From Neodothiora populina (Eukaryota): a stretch of 64,000 nt of DNA. The translations under genes and the position numbers were made by a program. The stretch is taken from the NCBI RefSeq assembly GCF_041146345.1, contig NW_027191406.1, positions 62,001-126,000 of the forward strand, read 5' to 3'. The notes under the pieces are model-generated. The model saw nothing but the letters and a program-made list of their open reading frames with translations, did not search any database and had not been told where the DNA came from. Position 1 is the first letter of the stretch. Each line of letters opens with the position of its first letter. This document shows, piece after piece, positions 13,043 through 25,429 of this stretch.

Positions 13043-14155
13043 ATGATGTTCACGATCAGCATCATTGAATTCTTGTGTAGTCATTTACAGAAGGCTGCAC
13101 TTCCTCCAAAGATATCACAACAGTCCGATGCTCGGGATCAAGCGCAGAAGCAAGACGGACCGTCCAAGGCTCCGAACACAAGAAAACTGGTGAAAAGAGA
13201 CATCAAAGACCTTAGTCCTCGACCATCGCTTATGTCATTTTCTGATTCACCTTCTGCTATTCACCACCAAGAGCGTCAGGGCTCGTTTCCCATCTTGGCC
13301 TTGCCATTAGACATCCTTCATCATCTCTACACCTCCTGTCTTCCACCGAGCGCCTCAGTCGCACTTGCTCTCACATGCCGCAGTCTCTGGTTCTCACTTC
13401 CGCCAGTTTCGCGCATCACGCGATCCCTGGATCTAGCACAGGAATGCAGCATCGATGCCATCAGATATCATTTCGAGGAGAGTTGCGAGATGCGTGGGAC
13501 GAGGAGAAGTGATCTAGAGAACCGCGCCACCGAAGCAGGGACAGAAAGTACCGAAGGCGAAGATACGAACGCCGCAGGGAAGCGCAGCACTGCGAACCAG
13601 CCGTCTGGATCAGGAACATGTGTAAGACGAGAAGGCCGTGTACGCTGTGCGCTATGCAAGTCTCTGTATCGCGTATCGCTGTTCGATCGCGCTGGCTTCA
13701 TCGCACTAGACGTGGACTCGTCCTCCTCGTCTCCGTCTTCTCGGATCACCTCAACACATGGACCAATTGTCAGCGCAACAGACGAGCCCATCACGGCGAG
13801 GAACAGGAGCAGCACAGCCCATCCCTCGGGATCCATTAACGTACGAAACCGAGTCTGCAAATGGCACGACGGCCGTTTCCATCGAACAGTGCGACGGGGA
13901 TCAGTTCGTACAGCAACAGCCACAGCTAGGAGCGGTCGTAACAGTAGTAGAAGCCACATGGAGGAGAGAATAACAGAAGGCTGGACCCTGGAAGAAGCGT
14001 GCATGCATTGCGGATCCGTATTCGTGTGGGACGGCGGCGAGTGTGGCTGTAGTTGCCAGGCGTGCTGGCGCAGGGAGGTGTGGTGTTTTACGCATGTTGC
14101 TGGGGTGGAAGAGGAGCGGATCCGGGATGATGTTCATTCGAGGTGGATGTTCTGA
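13043..14155 (+). CDS. F-box-like protein with Cys-rich C-terminus (start codon uncertain)
   Basis: F-box-like ILALPLDILHHLYTSCLPPSASVALALTCRSLW; Cys clusters CALCKSLY and CMHC...CGCSCQACW. Confidence 0.65.
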   Translation: MMFTISIIEFLCSHLQKAALPPKISQQSDARDQAQKQDGPSKAPNTRKLVKRDIKDLSPRPSLMSFSDSPSAIHHQERQGSFPILALPLDILHHLYTSCLPPSASVALALTCRSLWFSLPPVSRITRSLDLAQECSIDAIRYHFEESCEMRGTRRSDLENRATEAGTESTEGEDTNAAGKRSTANQPSGSGTCVRREGRVRCALCKSLYRVSLFDRAGFIALDVDSSSSSPSSRITSTHGPIVSATDEPITARNRSSTAHPSGSINVRNRVCKWHDGRFHRTVRRGSVRTATATARSGRNSSRSHMEERITEGWTLEEACMHCGSVFVWDGGECGCSCQACWRREVWCFTHVAGVEEERIRDDVHSRWMF

Positions 14156-14640
14156 GGTGTTACGTTGTGGAAATGAAGATGTGGTTTGAGCTATAGATTG
14201 ATATCGAGAGGCAATGGCAAAGCCTGCGAGTATTGTTGTTCAGCAGTAGAGTCGGCGAGTTAAATTACTCGATGGGCTCCTCTTCTCTGGTAGTAGTCAT
14301 TGACGATGATCATGATGAGGCACACGCCAGGCTTGAGCAACTTTGAATTTCTCCGAGCTTCGTAGCATTTATGTTTCTTGAGTTTGATGTTTTGGTTTCA
14401 TCCAAGTAATAAGTTATATAGCCGTATACATGTAATCGCGCATTCTGGGTCGTCAGATGGGGTATCTCTGTGCAAATCTCATCTTTGTAATAATCACGTC
14501 GAAAGCTTCAACAAACCCCTTTTACAGGCACTTTGTTTTTTGAAGTTCTTCCTTTATCTTCTCCTTCCTCGTTGTTCTTGTTGTTGTTGTGTGTCTTCTT
14601 GCAGTCTTTTCTTTCTCGGTCAGTTGGTCTATTATCTTCC

Positions 14641-15510
14641 TCATGCTTTCTCGTTCTTCTTGTCCTCCGAGACCACAACGACGACTGCCGGAGATTTCTC
14701 ACTGCCGCCAGTGGTGTTCCATGATGTCCTCCACTGGGACACGGCCTTGACGGCGTCTCGGTATCCGTCTGCCAGGCTGTCTTCCTCGTAGAAGGCCTTC
14801 TCGACGTCGTGTCCGCAGCTCGCGCCCTCAACATTGCGGCCACGCACTTCAAGTCTCACTGCGTAGCGTCGGATGTAAAGACCCAGTCCCCATTGGGCGG
14901 TGGTCCAGAGCACCAACATGGCAAGAAGAATCATGCGAGCGACGGAGATGCCGAGCTCGCAGTTGTGTCGCATCTTCATCGTTTCCATCCATTGCTCGTT
15001 GTTCGGAGTTGCTACTCCAGGGCCATGAAGCGAAGACTCCTCGGACGGCAACCAGAAGGAGGCGGAAATTTGTGTTAGGCAGAGATCGGATGTTAGATCG
15101 TGAAACAGGAACAACACTCCAATCTTTGGTACTAGTGAAAGTACTGTGTCGATGAGAAGATGGTTCGAGAAGATCGTGAGGAGAGTCGAGGATCGCTTGG
15201 GTTCACTGTAAGCGCGGGCCATTTGTGTGGCGGAAAGAAAGCGTCAAAGCCAGTTTCTTGGCTGAGTTACACCTCTTTCATTATAAGAGGGACAATGCAA
15301 TTGAAGTGAAGCAGAAAAAGGTGATAAACTTACGTTGATCGAGCCCATGACTCCCAAAAAGCTCAAAACACAGCCATACCAGGCATAACCGCTGATGCTC
15401 ACTGCGACATAGAGTGGATCGCTAGGCAAGTATGTGCACAAATATGCCGTCAAGGCGTGGTAAATGAAGATTCCAGATGCGACCATCAGACTCAAGGATC
15501 TGGTGAGCAT
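14641..15510 (-). CDS. Hypothetical multi-pass membrane protein (at least 2 exons; acceptor site uncertain)
   Basis: A hydrophobic exon 1 ends at a GTAAGT donor (15333); the downstream ORF has further TM segments (ISVARMILLAMLVLWTTAQWGLGLYIRRYA). Confidence 0.55.
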
Positions 15511-17570
15511 TTTGTTAGGATCAACGATTATTCTCCTGGTTTTACTGAATATCCATACCTTCCAGCATCTGCTCGGGTCTCCATTGCGGCGTTGATGGCG
15601 GTTTTTTTTTCAATTCTCACAAGCCGGGATTGTTCGGCGTTTACACGGGTAGACAGAAGTGACGATCTCGTGTGGCGTTTGTAGGTTGCAAGTAGCTTTG
15701 CAGCTTCGCCGGACTCAAGAGGACCAGCTCGAGTGTAGTATATTGATATTGTGCGACGGTATTTGGGAGAGACAGAACTTGCTTGCAGCGACACCAGCGC
15801 GCGAAGGGGACGCAGCTCTTAATGCCAAACTTGTAAAAGCAAAAAGAGGCCTGAGAGCGAGTTGAAATGGAATGATTCAGAACTAAAAACGTCATGTCAC
15901 CATGAATACACCTTGACACTCCATTTTCCACTACACCTTTCCGCGCTGGTCCGCTTTGCTTACGATTTGCTTACGATGTGCGGCATCTTGGCAACAAAAG
16001 CCCGATCCCGAATGAGCACCGATCATGACTGCACCGGAGCCTGTACCAATTCCCTCAGCTCTCTTTTCTTATCACTCTTACATCCCAGGAATGGTATGGT
16101 CAGAAAACAGAGAATGACTCGCACTGTGCGACAGACGGAGATCCCCTGCCTCTGCAGCTCATAGTCGTGCAAAACGGTGGTTGCTGTCGAATTACAGAAC
16201 ATTCCTCACCCTTCAATGCTGGGCCGGATGTGGGATCCCTGAAAAGCCAACATCATCGATAAGGCACTTGCATCCAGGTCCAGACACGGGTACCTCAATA
16301 TAAAAGGATCCTCTTCTACCCGTTATGTCCGACAAGCTAATATGGCGTTATACTAAGACTTGAGCTTCTGACTCGCGTATCGTACGAACTTGCAGCCCAA
16401 TCAGCCCAGGAGTCCAGTACGTAGTGGATGGAAAAAGCCGCAGGTTTCGCATCTTCACGGGACCACCTGCCCCTGGCTCCGAAGGAAAGGGTATACAGTA
16501 ATTCGTACCTGTATTGCGCTACAAAGGCAGTATAGTGCCTTGGTTTGATCGTCAAGAATGCTGTGGCCTGACACGAGTCACCCGACTTCTCATCGAGATG
16601 TAGGTGTAGTCCACAGTGATCGGCGTCATAAGAGCTGTTTCTCATATGGTATCGCACGATGCTTAGGATCCCGTCCTACCCTGCTTGGCAATCATGTCTG
16701 TGTGCGGCTTCCCGGACAAGCCGGTTCCGCTTTTTCTTTCCTCTTGCCGAGGGAGTTATCTCCGACAGCTCACCATGACCCCGCATCAGAAACCACAATA
16801 CAGAGAGAGGTTCCTTAATATCCATGGATACCATTCTGTACATTGGAACAGCTTGCGAATATACTTGTATTTGACGAGCCTAGATACTGTAGCTACTAGC
16901 AGTGTGAACTCGTCAATTGCAATAGGCGCCGAGCAACTTTTTACACATAGCAATCTACTCCAAAGCCACGCTCTTCGTGACTGTTGCCATGGTAAGTGCA
17001 GCTGCGCCGTTTGTACTTACATTATTCCAACGCTATAGTCCCAATAGTGTCCACTCAAAGGCAAGGACTAGAAGAAGACAACACTGGTATGTAAAGCTGC
17101 AGTCAGCTGGTCTCGGCCTCCGTTATCCTCGGGGGAAGGTACTTGCGCACTTGAGCTGGTCTACAGTATCCATGCTCCACATGCGCGTGTCTAATGGATC
17201 CAAAAGGCCACCAAAGGCAGACACGACCTGTGATGTACTCATGTACCTGTATAGGTATCCACTTACCCCGATCTCATGTGTGGGTGCACCGAAGATCTCT
17301 GAACCCTAAGGTAAGGCAAAATAGGTGGTGGTTGACTATGGCCCTGCTATTGAGCAATAAGCCAGGGTTGCCCTGTTTATGGTATGCCTATCGAAAGTAG
17401 ATCACGTACAATTCGAGCGACTAACTTGCACATATAGCTACAGTACTTGTACTGTACTGTAGTTCCGTCCCACTTGAGCCTCATCGCACGAATGGCCTCG
17501 ATCTCATAACATCTTATCCCACTCTCCACCGTAGATACTTGTATCGAGGAGCACCCATACGATAGACGTC

Positions 17571-17920
17571 AAAAAAATCCACTCCGACCTTTAAGCGCAC
17601 CGAAAAGGGGCAACTCTACACGCAACCCGCTAAGCTTTGCCGGAAAAGAGCACCAAGACAAGGCCAAAACAATGACAGACCCTGAGTATTCAGGCGCCAA
17701 AGCAGTCGAAGAGCAGGACGAAGAAAAAGGGTTTTTCTTCTCCTCTGCTCTCCGCGGGTATTGCGGGCACCAACCGAAAAATCTAGCCGTCCAGCCGTAG
17801 GTAGTACCGACCGGAACAACCGGCCGAGTCGTCACTACCTTATCTGACTGACCGAACCGAACCGGCCGGCCGACTGACGGACTTTTCTCCACTTGAACGA
17901 AACCAAGGTGCGGTAGAATC
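17571..17920 (-). ncRNA. Candidate structured non-coding RNA (~350 nt), family not identified
   Basis: Several long hairpins, complementary 5' and 3' ends, a G/U-rich minus strand and a terminal T7 run. Confidence 0.45.
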
Positions 17921-18267
17921 GATATCCATACATTGTGGTATGCGAACATGATGTTGCAGGATACGAATACGGTTGTAGGGCATTGTAGGATGAAGAAGGG
18001 TTTTTTTTTTACTTTTTCGTTCGTGATCTGACTAATTGGCGATTCTCTATCCCTGTCGAACCTGGACTGTGAAGAACATGTGTTCGATGCTGGTACTCAC
18101 CCACCCCAGCTGTATAGAGAGCCAAGGGATATTTTATCATCATCCTAGCATCATTCATCTGTTCGTAATCTTTGGAAATACAGTCAGTGTTGATATCAGT
18201 GCCAAAAAGTGGTCGGTGAAGTCAATGCTTCAGACATACTCATACAGGACAACATTGGCAAAAGGTG

Positions 18268-18360
18268 TAGTCGCACTGGGGATCGAACCCAGGACCTTTC
18301 GCGCATTCAGAGTCGCTAGGACATGTGAAGCGAACGTGATAGCCACTACACCATGCGACT
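18268..18360 (-). tRNA. tRNA-Val (anticodon CAC) with a 20-nt intron after position 37
   Basis: Full cloverleaf: AGTCGCA TG GTGTAGTGGCTATCAC G TTCGC TT CAC A [intron] C GCGAA AGGTC CTGGG TTCGATC CCCAG TGCGACT A. Confidence 0.95.
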
Positions 18361-18876
18361 GGTTACTGTAGTTCACATTGTGTATGGAATTATAACGCTC
18401 ATAAGCAGAGTGATACAGTCAATTCTCAGCACTCGCTCGACGTTCACGCATCGGCTCGTCCAATGCTCACTGCACAGTGGGAGGTAGTTTTGTTGTGGCC
18501 TAACATCTGTGAAACACTATAAATACGAGAATATGACGCATGCTTTATACATGCTTTGATCTTTAAAGCTGTAGTTCAATTAAAGCCCATTCGGGTTTCT
18601 CTCCGATCCATTCACCCCGAGATGATCACTCGCTCTACTAACGAGTAGTGACAAATAAAAGTACTACAAGAATCGAACCCCGCTCTGTCAAGCGTATTGT
18701 GGTATGTAAATATATATCCGGACAAGAAGAGGAGAAAAAAGGTAATAGTGCCCGGAGGTTAACTGTGGATCCCTCTGAGCTGTCTATAGTAAAGGTAAGT
18801 GGATCAGCTGAGGGATGTCGATGTTCAGATGAGAGAAACATATTGCGACCCAATCGCGAAAGGAGGTGATGGGTTT

Positions 18877-21800
18877 TCAAGTATGGTGTAGCCGATTAGC
18901 GAGTGTATCCTTCAGCTTCGATAATGAGAGAGGCTTTGCGAGGAAATCATCTGCGCCGGCTTCTCTGAACTGTTGTTGAGCTTTGGGATTCACGACCGCA
19001 GTAACCGCTATTATCGGTCGTCTCCTTGTCAACACTCCTGAAAGCTCTAATTCCCGGATCTCTTTCGTTGCTTGTGTCCCGCTCTTCCTGGGCATGCTCT
19101 CGTCCATAATGATGACATCTATGGTGGCGTCATGCTTGATCAGCTCGTCTATGCCAGCTTGGCCATCATCTGCCACCAGTACGTCGTAGTTGAGAGCAGC
19201 CAACATTTTCTTAGCCAGTTTTTGATTAATTGGATTATCTTCCACTACCAATACTGTCAGTCTTGGCGTTTCCAGTTTTCGTGATCGGTCATCGTCGGGT
19301 ATTAGGGTTGGCATGACCTCGACCTCAGGCGCGAAGCGGAGGGTTTTAGTCATCACCTTATCCACGGGGCTTTGCTGCTTGTGTTTTATGCGCTTCTCGA
19401 ACAGATGCCATATTAAAGGCTTCTGCAGGACTATACAGTGCGCAGCTCGTTGAACGCCTTGCAATTCTTGCAGTGTGTCTTGACTGTTGCTTGGTACCAA
19501 GACCAAGGTAGAGGTGCGCTGCATCAGTAGATTATACTGTGGCGTATGCTTCCTAAGAAATTCCGCATCTGCCCAGATGTAGTCCAGCTCGACGTCCGGC
19601 AGACCCGCAAGTCCTTGAGCTATATAGGTCTCATATCCGAACAGTCGCCATGATAGTTGGAGACCTTGAGTGTACACAGAGACATCGTCGTGCACGAGCA
19701 GTCCTACGCGACGTGTACCTGGCCGTTTTGTAGACTCCATATATAGCGAAGTTGTTTGCAGGGGTAGCGTCAAAGTGAAGACGCTGCCACTTGGCGAACT
19801 ATCGTCCATCTCGTCGCGAAAGTCGCTCTGTACCTCAATTGTGCCACTCATCTTTTGCACTAGTTCTCGGATGATGGCTAGTCCTAGCCCGGATCCCCGC
19901 TGTTTTCCTCTGACTTCACCCTGCTCAAAGGGCTCAAACAACCGAGGCAGAAATTCTGGATCGATGCCAACTCCAGTATCTCTAACTTCTGCAACCAGCT
20001 TGTCGCCGGCAACACGGACCGTCAGCATGATATAGCCGGACGACGTGAATTTGAGAGCGTTCGAAAGCAGGTTCATGAATATCCGATGAATATAGCTCTC
20101 GTCCATGAACACTGTCTGAGGTACGTCAGGTGAGACAACTAGAAAGACTTCGACCGTCGCTTCATCATCGATGTTGGGAAGAAGAGCGATGATGGACTCG
20201 CAGACTTCTCGAATGTCTAAAGCAACCGGTCGATATGCAGCCTCTGCATTACGCTCTAGCTTTGACCAGTCAAGGACGTTCGTGGTGATCATTGATAAGG
20301 TTTTGGTTGCCCTTTGGATTGAACACAACAGGGCACGTCCCTCTTCAGTCAGTTCCTGTTGGCTCAGCAGATCACTGTAGCCCTGCAGATGATGTAGTGG
20401 TGTACGGATCTCGTGAGATGCAGAGGCAACGAACTCGCTCCGCGCCAAAGCGGCTGCTTCTGCGTTTTCTTTTTGTGCGATGGCCTTCCAAAGTTCCTTT
20501 CGTGTCCAGACAATCTCTGCGAGCTTATTCCGAGATGCTGTGGCACTATAAGTCAGGAGTAAGTTTGCAATAACGCAGGTAACCCCTGCCACTCCAATCA
20601 CTGAATTAGCCAACGCGGGTGGATATCCTCTTTGTTCTGTAGTTGCTTGTTTCGACCAGAAAGTTGCTGCTATCATGCCTACATGGTGCATTCCGTTCAC
20701 ACCTATCGTGGCTACGACAGAAAAGAGCAGTTGTTGGCCAAGATGCGTCTCCATGTTGGCCATGAGGATAGAGCCGACCAAACACACAATCCAGCTGATC
20801 AAGGCCGACGATAAGACCAATAGAGGGTTCAAGGTGTAGTATCCATTCGGTATACGCAATGCTGCAATTCCGACGTAGTGCATAGTATCGATAGCGAGGG
20901 ACCATACAAATCCCTTGAAGATATTGACCGTCGTGCACCCAGCCCAGAATGCCTTTGCGAGTGTAATTACTGCCCAGCCCGTCGTCTCACCTCTCCGATA
21001 TACCATGCCAATTGCGGAGTTCAATCCGCCAAGATATCCAGAACTCGACCCGCCTACTGAGGAGTCTCGACGCAAAGAAGACCAGTCGCTCGATGTCCTT
21101 GTGCCTGTTTCTGTCACCTCTGCTTCGCTCACCGACCTCATAGGACTTCTTGCGTCGAAATCCTGCATATGAGGACGACTTGGGTGTAGCCAAGCTTTAC
21201 TGGCTGAAGACATTCCGCTTCGACTCGTAGCATCACCGGAGCCAGCATCATTGTAGTTGAAGCCATGACTCGGCGGCTTCAAAGCGTTAGTTCCCGGACT
21301 TGCGGCAGCACTTCCAGGCTGTAGAGGAGTCAAAACAAGGTCGTCTCCGCTCTGATACCGAGCAGCATGAGAGACGTGCTCGTCGAAGTAGCCCTCTTCA
21401 GCCTCTCCATGTCCGTCGTTAGCAGCCACGCCGTCTGCCTCGTCCTCGCTGGACTCTAATAGAGGCTCTGAGCTCGGCGTATCCTCGACGTCGTCGTGAT
21501 AGGGGTGCATTTGCTTCTTCTTCTGCTTACGTGCTTCCCGCGAGCGCCTAGCCTGGCGTCTTCGATGCTTCTGGAACCGGTCCCACAAGATGTCTGAAGA
21601 AAGGGAGATCCAGGTGAACATGATGGCCAGAACAGCACTTAGTGCTGTTAGTGGCGCATCGATGCCAATTTCCAAATCAAATTTACACGCCAACATGGCC
21701 ACTTCGTGGAGACACCTGAGACACTGTAAGCATTACTTACGATAATTTACAAGATCGCGCATTACCAAATGCCAGTGAATCCAAACAAGATCGCACCCAT

Positions 21801-21977
21801 GGCTGTCCAGCATGCCACAGCCCGGAAATGCACTGCCATGCGGGCTTGACAAAACACCTGCGTCGCGGTAAAACTGCCCAAGAAGCAGATACCGATTGAC
21901 ACCGCGATCAGAGCCGGATCCCATTGCGGTTCCAGCAGGCGATATTCCGCCTGACCGACGCCGTGCGAGCTCGTCAT
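18877..21977 (-). CDS. Hybrid sensor histidine kinase with N-terminal MHYT membrane domain, HisKA, HATPase_c and C-terminal receiver; intron ~21716-21765
   Basis: MHYT-like motifs WCLHEVAM, DTMHYVGI, GMHHVGM; H-box SHEIRTPL; N-box NLLSNALKFT; G1 DTGVGI; F-box LFEPFEQ; G2 GSGLGL; receiver LVVEDNPINQ...IIMDESMP...FLAKP. Confidence 0.92.
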
Positions 21978-22951
21978 CGTGTCCTCGCAGCAATGAAGTC
22001 GAGGGTATTCAATAGTCAAACATGATCATGTGTCATGGCGGCGAAATTGCAAATGTTTCATCGAAAACAGAGGTTGCTACAAGCATCTCGCATGTCGAAG
22101 GGGGAGGCCTGGCGGAAAACGACCAGACCATGATCCCATGGGGTCCTTGCCATCTGGCTTTGTCACGCTAAGAAACTGTATATCTGAACTGTTGGAGTAA
22201 CCTTATTTTCGAAAAGTTGACCGCGTAACAATGTCCTTGAAAATTCCTTTGCGTTGTCCTGCCTTCTGCTGTGTATACTACAGAGGTGCTGACGACGAGC
22301 TCATGAATAAACCATTGCCTCGAGTTCTTATGCAGGGTCCCTCGAAATAGCTGCGCGCCATCGGATTGGGACTGTGGACGTTAAAGCTCAGGGCATCGGC
22401 AACAGAGTAGAAATGCTGCCAAGACCCGGCTGAGTGAGCTATGCATCGAGGGTCTTTCCCCTAAAACAACACATGTACCCTACATTGGGTACGAATTGGG
22501 GCGGTGCCAATTACCTTACCGTACGACATTTGCTCCTTGTTTAGTATAATGCTTGGCTCAGCAATGGAAGGTCAGACGGATGGGCGAAATGCTGTGAGGT
22601 ACGTCACAAACATCACGGTGTATCTTGGGCCCACTGTGACGTCTGCGAGATATCCCTAGAGCAGAGATAACACTGTCGCATCATGTAGCTTGGGAATCGG
22701 AAGAAGAACGAACGGTGTAAATACAGAAGATGACAGTCCAGGGGCAGCATGGCTGCAAGGCGTATGTTGGAGAATGCTGAAAATTATGCACGATAGTCAG
22801 CAATGGTGCCATTGGGCATTCGTATTGTTTATTATCGTGACAAAAGATGCACAAGACCCAGAATTTTTCCAATCCCTTTGAAACGCCATTGATCACAAAT
22901 CTTGCTAATGCTACATCACTTCAGCCGAGTCTGACGTTTTCACACAGACTT

Positions 22952-24847
22952 TCATGCATCCGTGATACAGCCCTGACTTGCGTTCGTCACGTTCTTGGCG
23001 TACTTGTAGAGCGTGCCCTTCTGGTACTTGAGGGGGGTGCCTTCCACTCGAGCTTCCTCCTTTGCATCTCCTCGTCGCTGACATCCGCATCAATCACTCT
23101 CTTCTCGGCATCAATGGTGATGATGTCACCGTCTCTGACGAGTGCGATGGGACCACCGTCTTGAGCCTCAGGGACGATGTGACCGATGAGGAATCCGTGA
23201 GAGCCTCCACTGAAGCGACCATCGGTAAGCATAGCGACGTCGTTGCCGAGTCCAGCGCCCATGATGGCCGAAGAAGGCTTGAGCATCTCTACCATACCAG
23301 GGCCACCTCTGGGTCCCTCGTAACGGATGACGCACACAGTCTTTTCACCCTTCTTGATCTCGCCGCGCTCGACGGCGTGAATCAGACCGTCCTCGCCATC
23401 GAAGACGCGTGCCTTACCGGTGAAGATGGTGCCCTCCTTGCCGGTGATCTTTCCGACAGAACCGCCGGGTGCTAGGCTGCCGTAGAGGATCTGAATGTGG
23501 CCAGTCTTCTTGATCGGGTTGCTCATGGGACGAATAATGGTCTGGTCTGCAGGGAAGCCGGGCGCGTTCTCGACGTTCTCCTTGAGGGTCTTGCCGGTGA
23601 CGGTCATGCCGCTGCCGTCAATCACACCTTCCTTGAGCAAGAATTTGATGAGAGCGGGGGTGCCGCCAATGCCGAATAGATCGCCCATGACGTGCTTGCC
23701 AGAAGGCTTCAGATCTGCCAGGAAAGGCGTCTTGTCACTGGCCTTCTGCATGTCGTCGGGAGTGAGGGTGATGCCGACGGAGTGAGCCATTGCGATAAGA
23801 TGAAGAACAGCGTTGGTAGAACCACCGGTGATGTTGACAAGAACCATGGCATTCTCGAAAGCCTTCTTGGTCATGATGTCGGAAGGACGGATGTCCTCCT
23901 TGAGCAAGTTGCGGATGGCACCTCCAGCAGCAAGACACTCGAGCACCTTGGCCTGAGACTCGGCGGGGTTCGAAGATGAGCCGGGAAGGGACATGCCCAT
24001 AACCTCGATGACGGAAGCCATGGTGTTGGCAGTGTACATGCCACCACAGGCACCGCCTCCTGGACAGGCGTGCTTGATAACGTCCATACGCTCCTCCTCG
24101 GTGATCTCACCAGTAATGAACTGGCCATAAGCCTGGAAAGCAGAGATGATGTCGAGCTTGTTGTTTTGGGGCATGTTACCACAACCAGCAGCGATACTTC
24201 CGCCGTAGACCATCAAGGCGGGACGGTTTACTCTTCCCATGGCCATGATGACACCCGGCATGTTCTTGTCGCAACCAGGGATGGAGATGTTGGCATCATA
24301 GAATTGACCCTGCATGACAGTCTCAATCGAATCGGCAATAATGTCACGAGATTGGAGAGAGTATCTCATGCCAGTGGTGCCGTTGGAGATTCCGTCACTG
24401 ACACCGATGGTGTTGAATTGCATGCCCTTGAGTCCCGCTCTCTTTACACCCTCGGTGACCTTGTTGTTCAGATCCATCAAATGCATGTTACAAGGATTGC
24501 CAGAGTACCACACCGAGGACACTCCAACCTGAGCCTTGTTCATGTCTTCGTCAGAGAAGCCAGTGGCGTACAGCATAGCTTGTGAAGCGCCATGTGCCTT
24601 TGGCTGCGTGATAGCCCGACTGACCTTGTTCAGGCCGGCGGCATCGGTGCCAGAGTTATCACTATATAGACGCGTTTGCTGCGATAAGATGCGACTGTAG
24701 AAAATATACACATGTCAGACCGAAGGAGCTTGAATTTCTTTCTTTTTGTATGCGAGTAAAACGTCAAAATTCTTACGCTGATCGCCATTGGGCCGTTGAC
24801 CTGAATGCTGGCCTTGCAGCCTTAGCTGCGATATGCGACGACAACAT
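22952..24847 (-). CDS. ILV3: Mitochondrial dihydroxy-acid dehydratase; intron 24695-24776; apparent 1-nt deletion frameshift at 23032-23037
   Basis: Motifs [57 protein letters not shown]; Arg/Ala/Ser-rich presequence. The conserved tail [26 protein letters not shown] lies in a shifted frame. Confidence 0.95.
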
Positions 24848-24960
24848 TGCGACGTCCAATATCACCAGAGGTGTTGAGAGGAAGCTGGAAACAATGGAGG
24901 TAGACTCATTTCCAGAATACCATGTGGTCCGACTCACCATCTACTCCAAACTTTCTCCAC

Positions 24961-24966
24961 GAGTCA
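24961..24966 (-). promoter_or_regulatory. Putative Gcn4/CpcA (cross-pathway control) site in the ILV3 promoter
   Basis: TGACTC on the minus strand, ~115 nt upstream of the ILV3 ATG. Confidence 0.4.
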
Positions 24967-25429
24967 TTTCAGCGTCTTCGCGATATCGCTGACGTCTGAC
25001 TAAATCGTCGTTGTGATTGGATACTGCTTATATCCGATACCGCCATCCACTTTTTTCTCTGTATAGAGCCCTAATAGCCCTGCTGTGCTCTGAGAAATGC
25101 AATCCGGACAGTATTTCATGTGGGGTTGTCGAGGATGGGTACCGCGCCAAGCTAAGCGGCAAGATTCCGTCGATGAAAAGCATTCCCGAAATAATTATAT
25201 TGTTGTATACAGATCTGGTGGAAGCAGGCTTCACATGTATATGATTGAAATCTCTTGACCAGCAACTTCCTTAGTTGGGTCCTTTCTATGATAATCTGAG
25301 ACTTGGAGACTCGAGAATCTCATCAAGACTCATTTTGCCACACTTTAGACGAATGATTGGCCGTTCAATTACTCCCTTACCTGAGTAATCGGACAACAGG
25401 AAAAGATTGCCACTGGTCAATTCGACGTC

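Noticed and set aside
17301..17310. AACCCTAA as a telomerase RNA template
   Set aside because: Incomplete template match, on the opposite strand to the structured region, and no supporting pseudoknot seen
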